Assembly: GCA_963759765.1 (NCBI GenBank)
Contig: CAVXAL010000003.1
Location: 423,804 to 487,803 of the forward strand
DNA length: 64,000 nt
Direction of reading: 5' to 3'
Origin: Candidatus Aminicenantes bacterium
GTDB lineage: Bacteria > Acidobacteriota > Aminicenantia > UBA2199
Under the pieces are notes generated by a model. The model was not told the origin of the DNA and did no database searches. It saw nothing but the letters and a program-made list of their open reading frames with translations. Each line of letters opens with the position of its first letter. Within the stretch, counting starts at the first letter, position 1. Positions 42,649 to 50,663 of this stretch are shown here, piece after piece. Made by a program: the position numbers and the translations under genes.

Positions 42649-44892
42649 ATGGAACGGAAACGGATCGCGCTGAAGGGGATTGTCCAGGGTGTCGGGTTCC
42701 GGCCTTTCGTCTACCGCACCGCCTTGCGGCACGGACTGAGCGGCTTCGTCCAGAACAACCCGCAGGGTGTGATCATCGAGGTTGAGGGCGAGAATCTGGC
42801 GCCCTTTCTGGAAAGCCTGCGCCAGGAGCTACCGCCCCTGTCGCACATTGACGAGTGGCAGATCGAAAACCTTCCTCTGGCGTTCTCCCGGATTTTTGAA
42901 ATCCGCCACAGTGACAGCCAAGGCCAGGCGCAGACGCTGATCTCCCCCGATGTTGCCCTTTGCCGGTCGTGCGCGGCGGAGCTGGCCGATCCGGCCAACC
43001 GCCGTTACCGCTATCCGTTCATTAATTGCACCGATTGCGGCCCGCGCTTCACCATCATCGAAGGCCTGCCCTACGATCGCTCTCAGACCACCATGAAGGG
43101 ATTCGCCCTCTGCCCCCGCTGCCGCCGCGAATACTCCGATCCGGCCAACCGCCGTTACCATGCCCAACCGGTTTCCTGTTTCGGCTGCGGTGCCGACCCT
43201 GGCCCTCCTCGATCGGCGGTGTGGCCGGCGGGCCTCGCCTCTGAGCTCGGCCGCCCGAGAAATCAAGCGGGGCGCCATCGTGGCGGTGAAAGGGCTTGGC
43301 GGCTATCATCTGGCCTGTCTGGCCCGTTCGCCCCAGGCCATCCGGAAACTGCGTCGCAGGAAAAAGAGGGAAAGCAAGCCCTTCGCCCTGATGGGCACCT
43401 TGGGAATGATCGAGGCGTGCTGCCAGGTGTCGCCGGCGGAGCGCGAGCTGTTGCAGGTTCCGGCCGCTCCCATCGTGCTTTTGAAAAAGCGGCGGGGCGC
43501 GCGTCTGCCTTCCCTGATCGCGCGGGGTCTGAACCGCGTCGGCTTCCTGCTGCCCTATACACCGCTGCACCAGTTGCTGGTGCAGAAGGTGGGGGAACCA
43601 CTGGTCATGACCAGCGCCAATCTGTCAGATGATCCCATCCTGTTTTCCGATGAGGATGATGCCCTCAAAGAATTCGCCGATTTCATCCTTACCCATGACC
43701 GCCCGATCCAGGCCTTCTGCGATGATTCCCTGGTGCAGGCGGACGATAAAGGGCAGGTTCATTTTCTGCGCCGCAGCCGCGGTTACGTGCCGCTGCCGCT
43801 GGATGCCTCTCCTTTGCCAGCCCGCGCGTCATCCTGGGTGTTGGCGGATTGTTCAAGGCCACCTTCACACTTTTGACCGGGAACAAAGCCTGGGTCAGCC
43901 AGTACATCGGCACCCTGGAGTCCCCCCGGGCGCTGGCGGCTGAACGTCGGTCCGTTGCCCATTTTGTGGATCTGTTCGGACTGGAGCCCGAGGTAGTTGT
44001 CCTGGACAAGCATCCGCTCTATCCCAGCCGCCTGCTGGCTGCTGATTTTCCCCATTGCCAGGTGCTCGAGGTGCAGCACCACCGGGCGCATCTGGCCGCT
44101 TTGCTGGCAGAAAACGGTGATCCCGGCCCGATCATCGGCATGACCATGGACGGCACCGGTTACGGTGATGACGGCCGCATCTGGGGCGGGGAGTTTTTCG
44201 TCGGCGACCTGCGGCAATTGCGTCGGGCCGGTCATTTGCGCTACCTGTTCCTGCCCGGTGGCGATCAGGGAGTCCGCCAGGCTTGGCGTTTTGCCCTGTC
44301 GCTGCTCTATGAGCTATTCGGGGACACAGCACCGACCCGGCGCTGGGCCGGCCGCTTCGGCCGCCGTGGAGAAGCGGTCTTGGAAGCCGTTGCCCGGCGT
44401 CAAGCCGGCGTGCTGACCTCGAGTTGCGGCCGCCTGTTTGACGGCGCGGCAGCGTTGCTGGGTCTCGGCCAGCACAATGGCTACGACGGCCAGCTGCCCA
44501 TGCTGCTTCAAGCCAGAGCCGAGCGGAGCCGGGCGGGAATTCCCGCCTACGGTTTTTCGCTGCGCCGCGAGCAGTCGCTGCTGGTGCTGGATTTCCTGCC
44601 GGCGCTGGCCGAGATGCTCGACGATCGCCGGCCCGTGGCCGACAAGGCCTGGGGCTTCCAGCGTACGCTGGCCGATGGTTTTCTGGCAACCGCCAAACGG
44701 CTGAGGCAGGAGTGCGGCATCGCCAAGGTCGGCCTGAGCGGCGGGGTGTTCCAGAACCTGCTGCTGCTGCGACTGACCGTTCAGCGGTTGGAGGAGAACG
44801 GTTTCCAGGTGCTGCTGCACCGCCGCCTGCCGGCCAACGACGGTTGTATTTCCCTGGGCCAGGCGGCGCTGGCGGCCCAGACGGTTGTTTGA
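42649..44892 (+). CDS. hypF: [NiFe]-hydrogenase maturation carbamoyltransferase HypF; at least 2 frameshifts (about 43190 and 43830)
   Basis: The fragments are 42649..43632, 43160..43876 and 43849..44892. The first has the acylphosphatase domain 'IALKGIVQGVGFRPFVYR'. Its zinc fingers are 'CRSCAAELADPANRRYRYPFINCTDCGPRF' and 'CPRCRREYSDPANRRYHAQPVSCFGCG'. The second is the YrdC-like part ('VAVKGLGGYHLAC', 'MTSANLSDDPI') and the third the Kae1-like part. Confidence 0.9.
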
Positions 44893-44902
44893 GAGGTGGA
44901 GC

Positions 44903-45892
44903 ATGGATGGTGTCGTGTTGCTGGCTCACGGCAGCGGCGGGCGTAAAACCGCCGAGCTGCTGGAGTCCCTGTTTTGGAAATATTTCGACGACCCGGCGCT
45001 GGCCGAACACAGCGACGGCGCGGTCCTTGACGATCTGGTCTTCAGCACGGACAGCTTTGTCGTTCAGCCCCTGTTTTTCGCTGGCGGCGACATCGGCAAG
45101 CTGGCGGTCAGCGGCACGGCCAATGACGTGGCGGTCATGGGTGCCGAGCCGCTCTATCTGGCCGCCGCCTTTGTCATCGAAGAGGGCTTTCCGCTGGCCG
45201 ATCTGGAACGGATTGTTCGCTCGATGCGCGAGACGGCCGACGGCTGCGGGCTGCGGATCGTGGCCGGCGATACCAAGGTGGTGGAAAAGGGGAAGGGCGA
45301 CGGCCTCTACATCACCACCACCGGCATCGGCCGGCGGGTGTTTGCCCAGCCGCTGTCGCCCGCGCGCATCGAGCCCGGCGATGCGCTGCTGCTGAGCGGT
45401 TCGCTGGGTGAACACAGCCTCGCTGTGCTGACGGCCCGCGGCGAGTACGGCCTGACGGCCCCGCTGGCCAGCGATGCGACCCCCCTCTGGCCGCTGATCC
45501 GCACCTTCTCCGCCTGCGCGGTCAAATTCATGCGCGACCCCACCCGCGGCGGCCTGGCGCAAATCCTCCATGAAGCCGCGGCCGGCCGCTCCTTTGCTCT
45601 GGAGGTGTGGGAGAAGGAGATACCGCTGGAGCGCCCTGTCCGAACCATGTGCGATATCCTCGGTTTCGATCCCCTCTATCTGGCCAACGAGGGCAAGGTG
45701 CTGGTGGTGGTGGCCGAAACAGACGCCGAACGCTTGCTGGCCCGGATGCGCCGCCACCCCTTGGGCAAGAAGGCGGCGCGCATCGGCCGGGTCACGGCCG
45801 CTGCCAAAGGCCAGGTGGTGCTGCGCACCGTCCTGGGCACGGAGAGGCTGCTGATGCCGGCGGCGGGAGAACTTTTGCCGCGCATCTGCTGA
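44903..45892 (+). CDS. hypE: Hydrogenase maturation protein HypE
   Basis: This is ORF 44885..45892 from ATG 44903, which follows GGTGGAG. It has the AIR-synthase/PurM-like fold ('FVVQPLFFAGGDIGKLAVSGTANDVAVMGA') and the canonical C-terminus '...LPRIC'. Confidence 0.85.
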   Translation: MDGVVLLAHGSGGRKTAELLESLFWKYFDDPALAEHSDGAVLDDLVFSTDSFVVQPLFFAGGDIGKLAVSGTANDVAVMGAEPLYLAAAFVIEEGFPLADLERIVRSMRETADGCGLRIVAGDTKVVEKGKGDGLYITTTGIGRRVFAQPLSPARIEPGDALLLSGSLGEHSLAVLTARGEYGLTAPLASDATPLWPLIRTFSACAVKFMRDPTRGGLAQILHEAAAGRSFALEVWEKEIPLERPVRTMCDILGFDPLYLANEGKVLVVVAETDAERLLARMRRHPLGKKAARIGRVTAAAKGQVVLRTVLGTERLLMPAAGELLPRIC

Positions 45893-45969
45893 ATCCCTGC
45901 TCGTCTCTGTTGACTTTAAAATTTGTCTGCAGAGGAGTACACTTCCGAAAGCAGAGCAGAGGAGGGTGC

Positions 45970-47403
45970 ATGAAAAAAACCATCGTATTGCTGATCGTCA
46001 TGGGCGTGTGTCTGGGCCGGCCTCTGGCCGCTCAGGAAACTTTGAAATATCTCAAGATGGAGGAACCCGCCGAGGGCAAGGGAAAGAACCGGCTCTGGGT
46101 GGATGCCCGGCAGGTGGAGGCCATCGTGGCGGAAGTGAACCGCGAGAACCTGGCCGCGGTGATCGAGATCGCCGGCCTGGACGGAACTCCGCTGGCCGTT
46201 CTGGGCAAGGTGGAAAAGGGCAACATCAAATGGGAGCACAAACTGGTCAATGAGCACTTCCTGCCCACGGAGTTCGCCAAGGAAAATTTCGCTGACATCG
46301 CTGAGAAGTTGAAAAACAAGGCGGCCCGGCCCGGTTTGCTGCTGCAGGTGAGCGACAACCTGACCCGGGCGCTGGTGAAACGGTTCGAGATCTCGTTCGT
46401 CGAGCTGCCGGATCTGGAAATCAGCATGCAGTATCCGACCCGCTTGGTGCTTGGCCAAGAGATCCGCCAGGCCATTTCCCTGAAAATCAGCAACAAGGGA
46501 ACCCAGACGGCACGCGACATCTCGCTGGATCTCGCTCTCTCCAGCGACAACCAGGTGCCCCTGAAATCGCCGCCCGCCAGCGAGAATTTCCAGGAAGACA
46601 TGGCGCTCGCAGGAGGCCGGCAGCGCCTGGCGGAACTGGCGCCGGGCCAGAGCCAGACCGTTGTCCTGGATGCGGTCACTCTGGCGGCCGATATTCCGCC
46701 CGGCAAGTATTACCTGGTCGCTCTGGTTGATGCCGATAACAAGGTCAGTGAAATCAGCAAGGATAACAACATGGACCTGGGCATGGTGCTGATCTCCGTT
46801 CCCGAACCCAAGTCTCTGGCTGTCGACCTGCCCGACACGCGGCTGGTCTTCGAACCGGCCAATTTGCCGACCAGTTTCCTGTTCAGAATTTTCTGCGGGG
46901 ACCTGGCGCTGTCCGATGGCAAGGACTGGAAATTCTGCCGCATGAAACCCTATGTCTATCAGCTGCGGCACGTGCAATGGAAGGATATGCATTGGGAAGT
47001 GAACACGCTGGACGGCAAGGTTTGGGAAATTCACAGTGTCCAGTTCTGCAAAGGCGGAGGAACGGAGAAGGATCTGAAAATCAAGGTGGAGGTCAGGGGC
47101 GGTTCGGAAACCATGCCACCCACGCAGGTCACACTACGGCTGGTCAAGACCCAGCTGGTTTACCATCCGCCCGAACGCAAGTTCAATCTCGTCTCCTACG
47201 ATCAAGCCATCGATTACCCTCTCTTCTGGCGGGTCTGCAAGCTGGAGTCCCACCTCTACCAGTTCCGCTACGTGCTTTGGAGCGATTTTTTCTGGCAGGT
47301 GGACACGTTCAAGAAGCAGGTCAGCCGGATGAGCGGTGTTGAACTCTGCAAGGTCGGTGGCACGGCTTCGCCTTTGCCCTTTACCGTGCAGGTGGAAAAA
47401 TAG
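45970..47403 (+). CDS. Secreted hypothetical protein with a CARDB-like middle domain and two repeated Cys-containing C-terminal modules
   Basis: This is ORF 45607..47403 from ATG 45970, which follows GGAGGG. The signal peptide is 'MKKTIVLLIVMGVCLGRPLAAQ'. The internal repeat is 'C(R/K).....YQ(L/F)R(H/Y)V.W.D..W(E/Q)V(N/D)T......C(K)(G/V)GGT', present twice. Confidence 0.6.
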   Translation: MKKTIVLLIVMGVCLGRPLAAQETLKYLKMEEPAEGKGKNRLWVDARQVEAIVAEVNRENLAAVIEIAGLDGTPLAVLGKVEKGNIKWEHKLVNEHFLPTEFAKENFADIAEKLKNKAARPGLLLQVSDNLTRALVKRFEISFVELPDLEISMQYPTRLVLGQEIRQAISLKISNKGTQTARDISLDLALSSDNQVPLKSPPASENFQEDMALAGGRQRLAELAPGQSQTVVLDAVTLAADIPPGKYYLVALVDADNKVSEISKDNNMDLGMVLISVPEPKSLAVDLPDTRLVFEPANLPTSFLFRIFCGDLALSDGKDWKFCRMKPYVYQLRHVQWKDMHWEVNTLDGKVWEIHSVQFCKGGGTEKDLKIKVEVRGGSETMPPTQVTLRLVKTQLVYHPPERKFNLVSYDQAIDYPLFWRVCKLESHLYQFRYVLWSDFFWQVDTFKKQVSRMSGVELCKVGGTASPLPFTVQVEK

Positions 47404-47417
47404 GCGCGCGGAGTCTA

Positions 47418-47825
47418 TCAGACGGTCTTCTTCTTTTTTTCTTTCAGCTCTTGCACATATTGGATATATTCGTCAGGCGCTTCCAGGATCTTGATGCCCA
47501 TGCCGCTGTTGATGTTTTCCGTGAACTGTTCGGCCTGGGTCACATTCCAGCGCACTTCGCCTTTGAGCCTGAACAGGTGATCGCCGGCGGCCAGCATGAT
47601 GATGATTTCGTGGCACGAGGGAAAGACTTCCGGCGCAGCTACGAACAGGCCCTTCTTGGAGATGTTGGCAGTCAGCCCCAGTTCTTCGAAGCCGCGCTCG
47701 CTCAGATTGGCCAACAAGTTTTTCTTGATTCTTTTTTCCCTTCTTTGCCTTTGACCAATTTTTGGCTTGCGCGGAGAGTTCTGCCCGGCCGCTCGGTACG
47801 CTTTTTTGCTCTTTGGCCTGCTCAT
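47418..47825 (-). CDS. PilZ-domain protein (c-di-GMP receptor type)
   Basis: 135 aa with the 'RQRREKR' (RxxxR) and 'ANISKKG' ((D/N)xSxxG) signatures in the correct order and spacing. Confidence 0.65.
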   Translation of the reverse strand: MSRPKSKKAYRAAGQNSPRKPKIGQRQRREKRIKKNLLANLSERGFEELGLTANISKKGLFVAAPEVFPSCHEIIIMLAAGDHLFRLKGEVRWNVTQAEQFTENINSGMGIKILEAPDEYIQYVQELKEKKKKTV

Positions 47826-48069
47826 TGTATAAGTATCCTTTTTAAATTAAGCAAGTTATCTGCCATTTTATACCCATTGCCGATAATCTGCAAACAGTCA
47901 ACCATTTTGTGAAACCTTTTCCAATGCAGGTCTTCGGGAAATCTGTCCATTTTCCCTGATTCCGGATTTGGAGGAAATTGAAACGGCTGGATTTAGTCTG
48001 ACAACCAATGTATAAAAATTCCACAACTGTTACTCCATTTGCTTGCCCTGGACTTTTCCATCCGGAAAC

Positions 48070-49203
48070 TCATTTTATTACCGAAAACTTGTATACCGTG
48101 AGATGATGGTAGATTTTTCCGGGAAAAAGAATGGTTGAGGGGAAATTGGCATGATGGGGGGAGTCGGGAAAGTGCTGAGTCTCCAGGCAGTAACCGTCAT
48201 GCTGGTTGTAAATTTTCCCGCCTTTGCCTTTGAGGGTGCCGTCCAGGAAGTTACCGGAATAGAATTGCAGGCCCGGCTCGGTCGTGTAGACTTCCAGCAC
48301 GCGGCCGCTGGTCGGCTCAATGACCCGGGCGGCCGGACTGAGGCGATTGCCGTGGCGGTTCAGCACGTAATTGTGGTCATAGCCTCCCTCCACCTGGGCG
48401 ATGCGTTCGCCGATGGTGTGGGGCGAGGCGAAGTCGAGCGGCGTTCCCGCGACCGGTTTGATCACACCGGTGGGAATCAACTCCGCGTCAACCGCCGTGT
48501 AGCTGTCGGCGTTGATCTGCAGCAGTTCCCCCAGGATGTCGCCGCTGCCCGCGCCCTTCAGATTGAAGTAGCTGTGGTGGGTGAGGTTGACCGGGGTGGG
48601 CCTGTCCGTGCGGGCTTCGTAGCGGATGCGCAGCCCGTTGTCCTCGGTCAGCAGGTAGGTCACTCGCACCGCCAGGTTCCCCGGATAGCCTTCTTCGCCG
48701 TCGGGTGAATGATAGGTCAGGTGCAGAGCCGGGCCCTGCGGGGTCTCGCTTTCTCGGGCGTTCCAGAGCACCTTGTCGAAGCCCTTCAGGCCGCCGTGCA
48801 GGTGGTTGCGTCCGTTGTTGGTGGCCAGCCGGTACTCGCGGCCGTCGACCGCAAAAAGGCCGCGGGCAATGCGGTTGCCGTAGCGGCCGATCAGGGCGCC
48901 GAAATAGGGGTGGGTGCCCTCGTAGTCCTTTAGGCTGTCGAATCCCAGCACCACATCGGCCAGCTGGCCGTTTTTATCCGGGACCCAGAGCGAGGTGACA
49001 ATGCCGCCGTAATTGGTGATGGTCGCGCGCATTCCCTGGCGGTTGGTCAGGGTATAGAGATACACCGGCCGGCCGTCGGCCGTTTTCCCGAACAGTTCCT
49101 TTTTTATGCCCATCGGCTTTCCCACCTCCTTGGCGCGAATCGTGCCGCCGGCCAGGCTGAGCGCCAGCCCGGCCCATAAGACAATGGCCCATCTGCTCTT
49201 CAT
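48070..49203 (-). CDS. galM: Aldose 1-epimerase (galactose mutarotase) with a Sec signal peptide
   Basis: This is ORF 48070..49560 from the internal ATG at 49203 ('MKSRWAIVLWAGLALSLAGG'), which follows GGAGG. It has 'GALIGRYGNRIA', 'NNGRNHLHGG' and 'THHSYFNL'. The upstream 118 codons look non-coding. Confidence 0.8.
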   Translation of the reverse strand: MKSRWAIVLWAGLALSLAGGTIRAKEVGKPMGIKKELFGKTADGRPVYLYTLTNRQGMRATITNYGGIVTSLWVPDKNGQLADVVLGFDSLKDYEGTHPYFGALIGRYGNRIARGLFAVDGREYRLATNNGRNHLHGGLKGFDKVLWNARESETPQGPALHLTYHSPDGEEGYPGNLAVRVTYLLTEDNGLRIRYEARTDRPTPVNLTHHSYFNLKGAGSGDILGELLQINADSYTAVDAELIPTGVIKPVAGTPLDFASPHTIGERIAQVEGGYDHNYVLNRHGNRLSPAARVIEPTSGRVLEVYTTEPGLQFYSGNFLDGTLKGKGGKIYNQHDGYCLETQHFPDSPHHANFPSTILFPGKIYHHLTVYKFSVIK

Positions 49204-49321
49204 GTCCGGCCTCCTGTAACAATCCGGAAAAAAAGTAGCACAATTGCGAGACAAATTCAAACCGCTTTTGTTCTCTTTCCCTCTCTGTGATAAGATGGGG
49301 TTTCCGCAATAGGAGTTTTTC

Positions 49322-50593
49322 ATGCCCATCAACCGCCGAACGTTTTGCCAGCGCTCGGGCACGGCCGCGCTGGCGGCCTTGGCCGTTTCCAGCCAGCGGC
49401 TGCCCGCCCAATCGCAACCGGCCGATCTCCTGGCTGATTTGCGGCCGCTGCCGGGCCGCGTTGAACCCATCATCCGGACCGATTTTGAAAACCGCCACGA
49501 GAAGGCCCGCGGCCTGATGCGCCGGCAGGGCATCGACGCCCTGTTTCTCAGCGGCAGCAACAGCCTCTACTATTTTTCCGGCATCAACATGGGAGCCAGC
49601 GACCGGCTCTTCGCCCTGATCCTGCCCCAGACGGGCGCGCCCGCGGCGGTCTGTCCCGCCTTCGAACTGGAGCGGGTCAAGGAGCGCATGCTCTACGGCC
49701 GTGAAGATATCCGCATCTGGCAGGAGGACGAGGATCCCTTCGCGCTCAGTGCAGCCATCTTCAAGGAACGGGGGATCGGTCGGGGAGTGATCGGCATCGA
49801 CGGCAACATGCCCTTCTGGTATTACCGGCGTTTGGCCGACGCGCTGCCCGAGGCGCACTTTGGCAACGCCGATGCGGTCGCTCTGGAACTGCGCCTGATC
49901 AAGGAGCCCAAAGAGATCGCCCTGACCCGGCGTGCGGTCGAGATCACCGAGCTGGCTTACGCGGCGGCCTTCCGCACCCTGCGGGCCGGCATGAGCGAAG
50001 GGGACCTGGGCCAGACCATAGCCCGGGCCTGCGCCAAGCTCGGTGCCGGCGGAGGGGCCGGGGTCAGCTTCGGGCAATCGTCGGGCCAGCCCCACGGCAG
50101 TGTGGCCCAGCGGAATCTCGAAGAAGGCACGGTGGTGCTGGTGGACGGCGGCTGCCGGGTGGAAAACTATCCTTCCGATATCACCCGTACGATCGTTTTC
50201 GGCAAGCCCGGCGATGAGGTGCGGCGGGTCTGGGAAACGGTGCGCCGGGCGCAGCTGGCTGCCATCCGCGCCATCCGGCCGGGCCTGGCCTGCCAGGAGG
50301 TGGACCGGGCCGCCCGGCAGGTGATCGAGGAGGCCGGTTTCGGACCGGGCTACCGTTATTTTGCCCACCGCCTGGGCCACGGCCTGGGCCTGGACGGACA
50401 TGACGGTTCGTGCCACCTGGTGCGCGGCAACACCCGCCCGATGCAGCCGGGCATGCTCTTCACCGTGGAACCGGGCATCTACATCCCGGACAAGTTCGGC
50501 GTGCGCCTGGAAGATAACGTGCTGGTCACCGCGGAGGGCTGCGAGGTGTTGGGCAACCGCCTGGCCAAGACCATTGACCAACCTTTCGGCTGA
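49322..50593 (+). CDS. M24-family Xaa-Pro peptidase/creatinase-fold protein with a twin-arginine signal
   Basis: 423 aa with the Tat motif 'INRRTFCQRSGTAALAALAV'. The metal-ligand contexts are 'VDGGCRVENYPSDITRT', 'HRLGHGLG', 'FTVEPGIY' and 'VRLEDNV'. Confidence 0.75.
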   Translation: MPINRRTFCQRSGTAALAALAVSSQRLPAQSQPADLLADLRPLPGRVEPIIRTDFENRHEKARGLMRRQGIDALFLSGSNSLYYFSGINMGASDRLFALILPQTGAPAAVCPAFELERVKERMLYGREDIRIWQEDEDPFALSAAIFKERGIGRGVIGIDGNMPFWYYRRLADALPEAHFGNADAVALELRLIKEPKEIALTRRAVEITELAYAAAFRTLRAGMSEGDLGQTIARACAKLGAGGGAGVSFGQSSGQPHGSVAQRNLEEGTVVLVDGGCRVENYPSDITRTIVFGKPGDEVRRVWETVRRAQLAAIRAIRPGLACQEVDRAARQVIEEAGFGPGYRYFAHRLGHGLGLDGHDGSCHLVRGNTRPMQPGMLFTVEPGIYIPDKFGVRLEDNVLVTAEGCEVLGNRLAKTIDQPFG

Positions 50594-50663
50594 ACCGGAT
50601 TTTTACGTTAAAGTCAAAACTCAGAGACCGATTTTTCGTATTTATTGGTAATAGGAGGTCTTC

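Noticed and set aside
31802-44892. Interpreting the frameshifted tig, clpP, clpX, lon, engB, rho, ribF and hypF as genuine pseudogenes, implying genome decay or an endosymbiont-like lifestyle.
   Set aside because: The coding potential is otherwise perfectly preserved: I saw no in-frame stops and the motifs are intact in every fragment. Several breaks sit in homopolymers, and the neighbouring genes are intact. Consensus indel error is the more economical explanation, though it is not proven without reads.
48070-49560. N-terminal extensions offered by the ORF track: GalM 496 aa, NfnA 326 aa (2227..3207), MazG 308 aa (28902..29828), the secreted protein from 45607, and the hydrolase from 59556.
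   Set aside because: In each case an internal ATG is preceded by a GGAG-type site. That ATG begins a signal peptide or the conserved domain. The upstream part is Arg/Pro/Gly-rich and overlaps neighbouring genes or intergenic DNA.
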